Of a stretch of 64,000 nucleotides of DNA, positions 52,710-64,000 are shown one piece after another. The stretch lies in contig OX597815.1 in the NCBI GenBank assembly GCA_951406725.2, forward strand, positions 93,124,001 through 93,188,000, given 5' to 3'. Source of the stretch: Octopus vulgaris (taxonomy: Eukaryota). The position numbers and the translations under genes were made by a program. Under the pieces are notes generated by a model. It saw only the letters and a program-made list of their open reading frames with translations, had not been told where the DNA came from and ran no database searches. Numbering within the stretch: position 1 is the first letter of the stretch; each line of letters begins with the position of its first letter.

Positions 52710-53956
52710 GCATCACCATCATCCTGGATGATGGTGATGTTGTTGACATCGTTTTATTGGACTTTGCCAAAGCTTTTGACTCAGTTAACCACCGCCTATT
52801 CAAAGTCTCTCTTGACCAGAAATAGCCTGAACTCTATGTAAGACCACCCTCCCTGTACATAACTCCCTGTCCCCTTACATGGCCTTGCTTTTGCTTTTTG
52901 ATAAGCTTCAAGCATATCATTTCCATCCGGATATTGTACGATGGGTTGGTGCCTTCCTCTCAGATCGCTCCTTCCAAGTTCAAGTTAATGGTTTACTGTC
53001 CGATGTCTCCAGTGCGAGCAGTGGCGAGCCTCAAGGTTCAGTGCTTGGGCCGTTATTGTTTTTAGTCTTCATCAATGACTTGCTCGATGACCTCATGCAA
53101 CACGCCCGTCTATTTGCCGATGATGTCAAACTGGTCGCTCCTTGCAGTGATATAGATGATCTTTGTCAATGCCTCCACCAAGTTTGGAGATGGTCAAATG
53201 AATGGGACCTGTGTCAAAGTGCTGTCATCTGCCTGTTGGCTCCTCTCCTGCAACTCAACTTGATTTCGAGTTGGGTCGTCTGCTGCTGGAGAAGACCGAA
53301 CAAGTAAAGGACCTGGGTATCTTGGTGGATTCTTCCTTTTCGCCTTCGGCCCAATGCATCCATGCAGCCAACAAAGCACGCGGAGTTCTGTTTTTGATTC
53401 GACGGTCATTCGGAATGCTCACTGCAGCCATATTCCTACCGCTCTATGTCACGCTGTACGGGATTCAAGCCTCTTCTCCTTATCTCCTCAAAGACATACA
53501 GCATCTCGAAAGAGTCCAGAAGCTGGCTACCCGCATGGTTCTTGGTCTCAAGCATTTGTCTTATGAAGAAAGGCCGAAGATGCTCGACGTTTATTCTCTC
53601 GAAAAACGCCGCCGCCGTGGTGATCTCATTGTCGCTCACAGCATCATAAGCAGAAAGTGTAACCTCTTGAAAGGGCTGTTCTTCACTCCTGCTCTAGAGC
53701 GTGGGCTGCGGGGTCACTCCGAAAAGCTCTATCTACGACGATTTCATCTCAATCGAAGGAGAGGGATCTTTCTCCGTCCGGGTTGTGGATCCGTGGAATA
53801 AGCTGCCGGAGGAGATAGGGAAGATGCCGACGACCGCTTGGTTCAAAGTCTCTCTTGACCAGAAATAGCCTGAACTCTTTGTAAGACCACCCTCCCTGTC
53901 CCCTTACATGGCCTTGCTTTTGCTTTTTGAGCCAATAAAAATTGAATTGAATTGAA
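52710..53956 (+). mobile_element. 5'-truncated CR1-like LINE (RT and 3' end)
   Basis: DIVLLDFAKAFDSVNH, PQGSVLGPLLFLVFIND, LFADDVKL and LERVQKLATR motifs; AATAAA followed by an (AATTG)n tail. Confidence 0.9.
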
Positions 53957-54966
53957 ACAAAAATTGTGTGTTTGTGTGTGTGTACATGTGTGCACCCTTG
54001 GTCTGACTTACCTGCTAATAGTCAACAAATGACACCATGAAAAAGGAAAAAGATTCAGACTAGGGGAAATACTACTCAGCTTGGAAAAGGTGAGAGTTGG
54101 TGACATATAAAGGGTGGTAGATAAAAATCTACTACACTAAATTTCATCTGATGCATATGGACAAGTAGACATTAAAGCAATGATCATGTATGTATGTATG
54201 TATGTATACACACACATACATATATAGTGAGAGGGGAATCAATGAAATTTGATACCAGGTGTATTATAATGCTCAATGATAGAATGTAACAAACCTGAAG
54301 ATTGGAAAGTTTTCAAGAATTTATTCTAGATGTTGATGGTGATGATGATAACACAAAAACATATTTGTTAAGAAATGGAAATATATAGTGGTCTCAATGG
54401 TACACACATTAAATAGCTGCATGTAATTCATTTAATTCAAAACATTTCAGAGGCAGAAGAATAATAAAATTTAGAGTATGAAATTAAATGTATGAGGATG
54501 AGATGGGTACTAATGCTCAGTACTGTGTGTGTGTGAGAGTGTGTGTTGTCTCATTTCTGTTGATGTTGATAATGATTATGATGATGAAATATGTACAGAG
54601 CTGCTTATTCTCTCAATAATATCAACCAACATAAACTGTGGTCTTTTGTTGATTCCAAGCTGTGTAATATGTAGGTGCTACCAAAGACAGAAATGTTGTA
54701 TATTCAGTTAAAAATGAATCTATCAGTTGAGTTTATAAGGATCTGAGTCATAGCTATGCTACACTGTGTTTGTAATTGGTACTGCTGGGGACAGACATCA
54801 GATTTAAACACTAAGTTCAGGTCTGTTCTAGGACAGCTGACCAGCACTACTAAAGTCTATGCTTAAATTTAACTAGGGGGTGTTAATCAGATTTCATAGG
54901 CAAAACTGAAATGTTAAATATAATGTAAAAGTAATAAAAACTAGTACAACAATAATAAAGCATAAA

Positions 54967-54999
<33 letters not shown>

Positions 55000-55790
55000 C
55001 AGGCAGAAATAAAACAAAAAACTGTTGAGCCAATGTTTTAAAAACTACAGCAGATTAAAGCTTAAACATGCTTTTAAAACAATGAAAAACCATTCTAAAA
55101 CTACTTGACAATGAAACAGAAAAGTAAAGTATTGCTTATGTGTTGGTAATAATTTCAATGAAAATACAGAGATTGCTGTGATAAACAGATTCTAAGATGG
55201 CTGGAATAATATTTCTAAAATGAAAAGCCCACAAGGTATGTATCTCTCATCCTGGTAAACTGGTTTTATCAAGGTACATATACTTTATTTATAGATTTTT
55301 CTATCAATTTACTGCAGTGATTGTGGATGCTGGTTTAGATATGAATTTGAGTAAAATTATATAAAAGCCATAGATTATTATTATTATTGGGTAAAACAAA
55401 ATGAAAAAGAAAAGCTCTATTTGATTGTCAACATGCAAACACTGAAACAAATATAAAGTTTAGCAGATATGAAATTAAAAAAGAAAGAAGTTATTTAAAA
55501 GACACTTAGAAAGCAAGCAGTTTGTTAGATATTATTTCCTTTGAGTGGGATTTCTGCAAGAGAGTTGCCATGCAATGACTAGTTTGAAAACCATTTAATG
55601 ACATTCCCCTTTTGCTGATTATTAAGAATGAGAAAAGAACTCTAAGTGCACTTTGCTGATGTGTGGAGTGGTGCAAGCATTGAGATCCTTCACTTGTGTT
55701 GGGCTGAAAATCTAAAAGGAGGATCTTTACCACTCTTGGAAGCTAGACTAGTCATATCCTGTTTTTAATATGATAAATTTATTTTCATAC

Positions 55791-55841
55791 CTTGTCGGTT
55801 TTGCTGAAGTAGGCATGGTCCTGGTTTTGAATTTTGGCATC
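55791..55841 (-). CDS. Candidate alternative cassette or first exon of Trio (51 nt, phase 2-2)
   Basis: aaatag|G ATG CCA AAA TTC AAA ACC AGG ACC ATG CCT ACT TCA GCA AAA CCG ACA AG|GTATGA; open and frame-preserving in the phase-2 intron. Confidence 0.45.
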
Positions 55842-58201
55842 CTATTTAATGAATAATGACCAAGTTTGAAAATATATATATATGGGAAAAATGGCATGCC
55901 AAAAATTAAAAGAAAACAATTGAGCTTTCTATGATATTCTTTTATATACAGGTGATATATATTAGAAATATATTTTCATTTGTTTCATGTGTAATTCCAC
56001 ACTTCTTTCCAATTTGGCTTATAGTAAAAAAAAAAATTAAAAAAAGTACATAAAATTGGTTAATATTCTAAATAGGAACTTTGGAAAAATGTGACTGTGT
56101 TTGAGTAAGAGTATGATAAAATTTTATAACTGTAAAATAGGTAGATAATAAAATAAAGATGGGAGGATCTCAGTAAAGTTTTCAAGTTACTATTCAGGAT
56201 TTCAAATTATAGATCTTTTATTCAATTAACTCTAATCCTCTTCTTTAAGAGACTGGGCTAATTTTAGCATCTTTAAATAAGGTAAATTCATTAGGGCTCT
56301 AATGTTTTAAATTTTCTTAGTTTGCATAAATACTTCCTTCTTGTGCTGTTGAATTACTTTTAAATATACAGAATTAATTCCGGTAGCCATGAAACAAAGA
56401 GATGAATATATGAAGTGGTATATCAGCTGTAAGAAAATACATAGAATCCTGAAAGAGGGATCTCACCAAACTATTAGCAAAATTTGTTTTATTAACTTTC
56501 AATTCTTAAAGAATTCTTTTTAAATGAAGTGATGATGAGGATGGGATTGATGAAAGATAAAAGAAAGGGAAGGAGAAAATGAACATGGTTAATTACAATT
56601 TTTCTCAGATGAAAAATAAGCTTAATATTAAAAATGGAAGTCGTAGGAATTATTAATTCATCCAGCAAGAATGTTTTACAAGTGTGGTGGTGGGGGGAGA
56701 GGGATGAAAAAGTTGTATGTAGTGTTTGAACGTGATAATGGAATTTTGTAGCCCGAGAGACCAGAAGGATTCAGAAATGATGTTATGTCCAGTTCAGTCT
56801 TTTATGTAAAGGGGATTAGCAATGATGTCCTATATAGTTTTGAATATGTCTATACAACTAGTAACCACTGATAGATATTGAACCAGTGAATATTTTAAGT
56901 CAATCCCACAAGTGTGTGTAGTGAACAAAATAGAGTGTAGTATTCTCTGCAGTTTAGAGATTAATACAAGTGTTCAATATCTTATCAGGTCATCCATGAC
57001 TCAACAAAACTGATATTCAGCTTGAACATCATAAAGTTGATGCCTGCAGGTAAAACATATGTGAGGAGGGAATTTCAGTGAGTTGACATTGAGAGTGTAG
57101 GACAGGACAAGATAAAGCAAAATAGTTAATGTAACACCTGAGAAGGGGACACAATGTAGGTGATGAGAGGAAGAGATTGGGGCGGTAGTAGTATGCAACT
57201 CGCTAGTTCAGCAGAATAAAAGGGTACCACTACAGTAATAATAGAATAGGCAAAAGTATAAAATGCCAAAGATTGTAGTGTATTTATTGCTCCTTTCCTG
57301 ACAATTTGCTGAATTATCGAAGAACAATTTTGGTTTTTCCACCCAATCATCAGAGATCAACTCTGATTCTTCCAAGTGTTGTCTTTTCATTAACAACCTC
57401 AAGGGAGGACTCATGCTTTTCTGAAAGATATTATTGAGATAAATCAGATAAAATGCTGTTTTCAAGTGGAAACAGAAATAGACATACAGCTGGTCAGTCT
57501 TTACAGTGAACACTGTTTCACAAAACATTGTGTTCACCAAAGTTCAAAGACAACATCATATATCTACACTACAACAGCCACCTCTATATCCTGGATGTAC
57601 AAAAGGACTTTGGTGCCTGATTAACAATATTTCTAACCCATTCTCCATTCCAGAAATATTCATGTGTTGTAGATTCTCCCATTGTAAATGACAGATAAGG
57701 ACTCCAGAACTTCTTGCTAAACAACCTGTACAGATGACTTGTTTATAGTGGTCAAACACTTGCACATCAGCTCCCACCCTCCATTGAATCTATATTGCAT
57801 GGTATGCCACATGTCAGATGTCAAAGTGATCGCAGAGTAACATGAAGTGAACACAATGCACCACCCAGTCCAGGAATGGAAACCATAACTTTGCAATTGT
57901 GAATGCAATATCCTAACCTCTAGGCTACAGACCTCCGCATAACACACATACAAAGAATAAAAAAAATTTTATCCATAATTTGTGAATGGGATTTTGGTTA
58001 AATAAATGTCAGGTTGAAAGAATAATAAGTCTGTGACTAGATACAGAAAACAAAATCCCTGAAATCACTAAAATACAAAGATGGAAGGATTAATATCATT
58101 TTTTCATTATAGTCATTAACACAAAAAGACAGTTTTACAATAATCTCAAGTAATGATAACGAGGGGGAAACTAACCACTCTACTATTGAGATGGCACTTA
58201 C

Positions 58202-58301
58202 CGGAAACTACTGCGTCTTTTGGTAACGGGGGATGCTGAAGAATTATTAAGTGAAGCATTTGAAGCATTTGGACTTGGCTCATTGGAATTACTGGAGGAA
58301 T
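58202..58301 (-). CDS. TRIO: Trio exon, Ser-rich linker after SH3-1
   Basis: tctcaacag| acceptor and CG|GTAAGT donor; 100 nt, phase 1 to 2, joining both neighbours in frame: DSSSNSNEPSPNASNASLNNSSASPVTKRRSSFR (compare Trio DSLSVSSND...SSPGPKRPGNTLR). Confidence 0.88.
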
Positions 58302-58899
58302 CTGTTGAGAGAAAACATGGAAATAATAAAATTACCTTTTAAAGTCAATGCTTCATAAATTAAGATGAGTATGTCATTGTCACCAACATTGTTTTTACAT
58401 TAATTTGTGCATGTTGGTATGAGTTAAATGAAACTTGTTGAAGCAGATTTTCTGTGACTGGATGCTTTCCTATTATCACCAACTCATGCCTGTTTTTCTA
58501 GTAAGATATTTTCATTCAGCATGTCTATACATTGTTCTTTACATAAGTGATGTTAATGAGTACATATAAAAAATCACATACACATATGCACATACAATGG
58601 TCAGCCTGAAGTTGTAACAGAAGTCACTTGCCCAAGGTCTACACAGCAGGAATGTGCCCAGTACAATGTCATTTCAAAATGAACTTCATAAACACACAGC
58701 CATGCATTAATGCCATTGTCACTGTCTTCGTCATCATCAGCTTAATATCCACATATTTATGCTTGCATTGATTAGACAACTTCACTGAAGTAGATTTTTC
58801 TACAGCCAGATGCTGCTCCTTTTGCATTTATGTGATGACTCTTTGATTACTGGCAATATGCACATGATAAGACAAGGGAAATATGAGAGAGAAAAATAA

Positions 58900-59365
58900 T
58901 TGTTAAGCCTTGGATAGACACTGTATGCAATGGAAGACCATATGTGTTTCAATAAGACTCTGCACTATCACACATGGCTCTAGTAACACAGGAATGGATG
59001 ACTGAAAATTTTCATGATCACATAACCCATAACATTTGGCCTCCAAATTCCCCAGATCTCAATCCATTGGACTATTACATGTAGAGTATTGTTGAGAGAG
59101 AGGTCAATGAACACGCTCATAATACCAAAGATTCTTTGAAAGCTGCTATAGTCTGAGCTATATCCCAAATGAACCAGGACCAATTGATTCGAGTATGTAG
59201 ATGATTTAGATCTCATACAGGAGCAGTTGTTGAAGCTGAAGGTGGCTTTATTGAATAGCATAGAAAAGGTTTATTTTTATCCTCATAGCATTTTTTGATA
59301 AATAAAGTTATTATCTGTTATTACATGTTTTTTTTTATAAACATAAATCTGTTCTTATGCACCCT

Positions 59366-59366
<1 letters not shown>
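58900..59366 (+). mobile_element. 3' fragment of a maT DD37D transposon
   Basis: D-SALSH...WPPNSPDLNPL-D with exactly 37 residues between the two Asp; ends in AEGGFIE*. Confidence 0.8.
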
Positions 59367-59400
<34 letters not shown>

Positions 59401-60099
59401 GACAAGTCCAGGTAGATATCAATTCAGTCTCAAATTTGGTTCTGACTACACGTAGTATTAATTCCAGTTAAAATTCTTAATGCAGTAGGTCCCAAGAAAA
59501 TGTAATAAGGTAGACAATGGAAATAAATATAATAATCCTTAATTTATTTATTCATATAATTTTCCGACATATGTTTCTGCTTAATTACTAAGAGAATATC
59601 TATTTTAATTACTTAATTAAATAAATAATTCCTTACATGAAGGTGTAGGTATATCCTTAAGAGAGGTCTTACAATATATCTTCGCCATTGCATAAATATA
59701 CTACCAGTACAACCGATATCATAATAGGCAACAAAATAAATAAACTACCAGTATAACCTATATCACAATACACACACACATCCCTCTCTTTATATATATA
59801 TATATATCATCATCATTGATTAACATCCGTTTTCCATGCTGGCATGGGTTGGACAGTTTCACTGATGTCTGGAGAGCCAGCGGCTGCACCAGGCTCCAAT
59901 CTGGTCTGGCAGAGTTTCTACAGCTGGATGCCCTTCCTAATGCCAACCACTCTAAGAGTGTAGTGGGTGCTTTTTACGTGCCACCAACACAGGAGTCAGT
60001 AAGGTGGGCCTGGCAACGATCATGTTCAGATGGTGCTTTTTACATGCCACCGGCACAGGAGCCAGTTAGGGGATACTGGCATTGGTCACGATTGCTTGG

Positions 60100-60410
60100 T
60101 ACAAGCACTCCAAATTTGCCATCAAGATGTAGAACAAGATAGTGCAATAGCCTGGGTTTCAGAGGTCCACAGCTCTTCAATATCTTCCCGAAGTACCTGA
60201 GAGACCTGCATAGGGTGGAGGTAGGTGTCTTCAAAATAAAGCTGGACCTCTTCCTGTCATGTGTCCCAGATGAACCAACTTCGCGGCAGGAGGTGCAGAT
60301 GAAGGCAGCTGCATCAAACTCTCTCATGCACCAAATGGCAATTGCTAAAAAGCATTCATGAAGTAAAATTATGTAGCAACACCAAATGGCGGTGCCCCAG
60401 CATGGCCACA

Positions 60411-60441
<31 letters not shown>

Positions 60442-60830
60442 GCAGGAATTGGACTCAATTTACAGATGGGCTGAGGATAATGATATGCAGTTTAATGCTG
60501 AAAAATTCCAAGCCCTGCGCTACAGCATCTACAACTGAATATGAAACTTACAGGGTACACTGGTCCACAGGGAATTTCAATCCCAGAGCCTAAGTCAGTG
60601 AGGGACCTGGGTATTGACATGAGTGATGATACCTCTTTCCATGTGCACATTACCAGGATGGTGACAAAGTGCAGACGACTGGCTGGATGGATCCTAAGAC
60701 CATTCAGAACCAGAGATAAGGAAACCATGATGGTGCTCTGGCGGACATTCATCCTCAGTCGCCTGGATTACTGCTCACAGCTATGGCCACCTACCAGTGT
60801 GAAGTTAACAGCAGACCTTGAAGCAATCCA
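60100..60830 (+). mobile_element. Two CR1-like LINE fragments separated by (TA)n
   Basis: RGPQLFNIFP...FKIKLDLFL (3' end) and VRDLGIDMSDD...WILRPFRTR...SRLDYCSQLW. Confidence 0.7.
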
Positions 60831-61342
60831 TATATACAAACATATATATATATCTTCATCATCATCATTTAATGTGTTTTCTCTGCTGGCATGGGTTGGA
60901 CAGCTTGACTTAGGTCTGGAGAGTCAGTGACTGCACCAGGCTCAAATCTGATCTGGTAATGTTCGTACAGCTGGATGCTCTTCCTAGCGTCAATCACTCT
61001 GAGTGCTTTTTATGTGCCATCAGCAAAGGAGACAGTCAGGCAGGCCTGGCATTGATCACATTCGGATAGTGCTTTTTATGTGCCACCGGCACACGAGCCA
61101 GTCAATCATGTTCAGATAGTGCTTTTTGCATGGCACTGTACAGGAGCCAGTCAGGGGATATTGGTATGGGAGCCAGTCAGGCGGACCTGGCATGGACCAC
61201 ATTTGGCTGATGCATACACAAACATGCACACAAACACACACATGTATGTATACATTCATAAATGATTAAGTCCCAGCTGTATATGGTGAGAAAATTCATT
61301 ATTTACATTTGATGGATATTTGTCCTCAACTTGTTTGTAGTT

Positions 61343-61388
61343 AACACCACGTTTCGGCTGATATACCCTCCAGCCTTCATCAGGTGTC
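61343..61388 (-). ncRNA. Hammerhead-like motif in the PLE pLTR (variant, possibly inactive)
   Basis: GACAC-CTGATGA-A-GGCTG(GAGGGTATAT)CAGCC-GAAAC-GT-G-GTGTT; stem III is reduced to palindromic ACGT and the cleavage-site residue is G. Confidence 0.6.
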
Positions 61389-61460
61389 TTAGGGAAATTT
61401 TGAACCTGGGTTCTCATTCCTAAGGTATCTTTTGATGTTATTGTTTTCATTATTATTATT

Positions 61461-61530
61461 CAGATCACTGCCTCGAACTTGGAATCTTGGGGTTAGTAGC
61501 CCACGCTCTTAACCACTACACCATATACCC
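61461..61530 (-). other. tRNA-like Pol III promoter module inside the PLE 3' region
   Basis: GGTATATGGTGTAGTGGTTAAGAGCGTGGGCTACTAACCCCAAGATTCCAAGTTCGAG: A-box, anticodon-like arm and partial B-box. Confidence 0.55.
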
Positions 61531-62338
61531 ATGGGCAATTATGGAGTGAATTTTAGGGCTTATAAATCTAATATTTTCCTATCCTTCCTTAATACCAGTT
61601 CCCATATGCTACTCATATTCGCACTCGGTCTGCTTAGGAGGTTGCTGTGTCCTAGCATATGTGCTGCTTCTTTTAGTTTTCATATTTTCCAGTGGTGTTC
61701 TCTGTCTATTATTTTCACTTCATCCCACAGGGGGAAGTGGTCTCCATTTTTCTATACATGATCAGCTATATCCAATTTATCAATATCTCCTCGTGTCACA
61801 GCTTTGCAATGTTCATCTACCCTTGTTTCGAGGGGGTGGCATGTTTCGCCTTTGTATAACCTACCACAGCTGCATGAGATGGAGTAGAGCAGTCTTTGGT
61901 CCATATTCTCTTCTATTGGTGATTTTACTTGAACGAGATATCTGTGAAGTGTTGTATTACTCTTGAATACTGTCCTGATGTCATATGGGCCGAATATCTG
62001 TCGTATCTTTTCAGAGAGGCCTTTCACATAGGGTAGAGAGACCGAGGACAGTTTATTGGTTTCATCTTCTCTTTTCTTCATAACAAGACAAGGACAAATA
62101 TCCGTCAAATGTAAATAATATACATAATTCCTTATCTCTTAAATATAGAACTGTGGTGAGAAAATATTTCAAATTATGGATGAAATCTTCATTTGTAATT
62201 TTAATGCCACAAGAATTGTCTGTGTATCTGTTAATGACATTCTACTACAATCTCTCTCTCTCATATGTGTACGCACATGCACACACACACACACACACAT
62301 TTAGTTGGAAAGAAAGAAAACCAGCAAAAGTAACTTAC

Positions 62339-62594
62339 CATCTAAGTCGGCACTTGTGCGCGTCCCTGCAGCAGATGATACTTTCAAAATTGGAACCGGT
62401 TTAAGTGCAGACATTGGAACAAGACCTTGACTAGACTCTTTCACCTCGGTAGGTAATGTACGCACAAGGCACCATTCCGGCTGTCCAGGAGGGCAAACAT
62501 CTATTAGTTCTACTTGCTGACCCTTCTGAACACTCAGGTCCCATGTAGATGTAGCTGAATAGTCAACAATGACAACTGTAACATCTGAAGAACA
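62339..62594 (-). CDS. TRIO: Trio/Kalirin RhoGEF, exon encoding the first SH3 domain (first exon in window)
   Basis: ttgcag| acceptor and G|GTAAGT donor; 256 nt, phase 0 to 1. Translation CSSDVTVVIVDYSATSTWDLSVQKGQQVELIDVCPPGQPEWCLVRTLPTEVKESSQGLVPMSALKP...ADLD matches, from recalled sequence, Trio SH3-1 (ELTVVIHDF...DWCLVRT...EGLVP). Confidence 0.93.
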
Positions 62595-63799
62595 CTGCAA
62601 TAAATAAATAAATAGATAAATAAATAAATGAATAAAAGTTAATTAAATTTTAAAAATCACTTTCAATAAATACTTAAAATATATAAACCTTAACATGTTT
62701 CTAAGAATCACAAGAATTCCTAAATTTGGTCTTGTTGTTGCTGTGTTGTTCTATGTTGGTCATGATCATACAAACCTTTAGCAAGCAATGAGTCAGTCAA
62801 ATGACTAACAATGACTGGCAAATGTCATGTTCCGAATATATAAATTTGGTGTTTTAACCTGTAGTGATCCTTTAGTGAACCATTACTACTAACACTCCAT
62901 AATGTGTCTTAAATTTTAAAGTATAGTCAAACACTATAATGTTTATTGATATTCTATGGTTGTGTTTAAAAAGTGATTTAACAAAAAGTTGTCACATAAA
63001 ATAGGTATGGGAGTTTGAATCTACTCAACTCTCACATTATTACACATGTCCTTGGCATCATTTAATGTCTGTTTTTCATGCTCACACAGGTTGGATAGAT
63101 TGACAGGAGCTGGTGAGCTAGAGGATTGCACCAAGCTCTGCTGTCTGCTTTCATATGGTTTCTACAGCTGGATGTCCTTCCAAATGCCAGCCACTTTGTA
63201 GAGTATACTGATACTAGAAGCTTCTAACATGGTACCAGCACTGGTGATGTCACCAAGTAAATTACAAGACAAAAATCTTCTTGACTGAGAGGGGGAGTAG
63301 TTTTTTTTGGGTGGGGGTGGGGGGGTGATGAGAGGTTAAATTATGAAAGTGGGACAGAAACTGGTGTCTTGCTCTAGAGGAGATACATTGCTACTTCAGT
63401 CAGCGGAGTAGGTGGAGGGTGAGAGGAAGTGGGGGTGGAAAGAAGGCAGTGAAGATGTGCCAAGATGTACTTTCAAGGTACAAAAAGGTGAATGCAAGTG
63501 GAGTGTAACAGAGTACTGGACAGGATAAATGAATAAGGAATTCACAAGAGTGTGAAACATGAGTAGAAGACGGAAGAAAAGGAATGGAGTGAGTGGTGAA
63601 CAGGGGTATGTAAGGGAATAGTAGGATAGCAATGAAATAGTTGGGAGGGGGGGGGGGGGGGTAAAGTGTCACTGCACTTCAGAAAAAGTGGGGTAGAGAA
63701 ACAAACAGTGCACAACGAGATTTAGTTTGCTTCATTGGTGTAGAAAGATTTAACGTAATGCGTGGGTGGGGAACACATAATACACAGCACTGCCTGAAC

Positions 63800-64000
63800 T
63801 CAGTTTTGCTAAGGTGGGAAGGTATTTTCAAGAACCTCACATCACTAAACATCTCAGTCCACTGTCATCTTTGTGAAGCTTAACATTGAAACTGGCCCTC
63901 ACTATTTCATCCCATGTCTGTCTGGGTCTCCCTCCCACTTTAAGTGATTGGCACTTTTTCATACAGCTGTCCTCATTCATATGTACTAAATGACTAAACC
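63800..64000 (-). mobile_element. RTE LINE 3' end
   Basis: GRPRQTWDEIVRA motif typical of RTE ORF C-termini. Confidence 0.55.

Larger units (their letters stand above)
61290..62153 (-). mobile_element. 5'-truncated Penelope-like retroelement (GIY-YIG fragment, pLTR, inverted partial pLTR)
   Basis: ORF 61752-62108 (SLPYVKGLSEKI...YSISCSCGRLYKGET...RVDEH...IADHV) is a PLE RT-thumb/GIY-YIG region; 62085-62120 on + strand is the reverse complement of the 3' tail at about 61297-61335. Confidence 0.85.

Noticed and set aside
57208-57690. 110-aa minus-strand ORF near the 58202 exon
   Set aside because: No similarity to Trio and no clear splice sites; probably an unclassifiable transposon relic.

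Overview
AT-rich, repeat-dense eukaryotic DNA; the SINE, Penelope and microsatellite content suggests a coleoid cephalopod, probably Octopus (inference). The whole window lies inside one minus-strand gene, a Trio/Kalirin-family RhoGEF. Five phase-compatible GT-AG exons (62339-62594, 58202-58301, 31924-32065, 21135-21326, 5704-5805) encode the first SH3 domain and the linker to the second DH-PH module, with the conserved motifs RKWLxxPVRxLS, PPPMAIQ and SAxxLxxAxExxVKxKM. The introns (4-26 kb) hold tRNA-derived and RTE-tailed SINEs, CR1/RTE LINE fragments, Tc1/maT/Tigger relics, hAT and piggyBac MITEs, and a Penelope-like (PLE) GIY-YIG fragment. Most notable: (1) several unrelated fold-back insertions beside microsatellites, some carrying minimal type I hammerhead ribozyme motifs, including one intact copy on the Trio sense strand paired to its own antisense arm; (2) a PLE 3' region with a tRNA-like Pol III module directly upstream of a hammerhead motif; (3) an intron-containing DD32E IS630/Tc1-like transposon; (4) candidate alternative Trio exons, namely a 51-nt phase-2 cassette and a hydrophobic terminal exon reminiscent of Solo/Trio8. 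All calls were made by eye; repeat boundaries are approximate.
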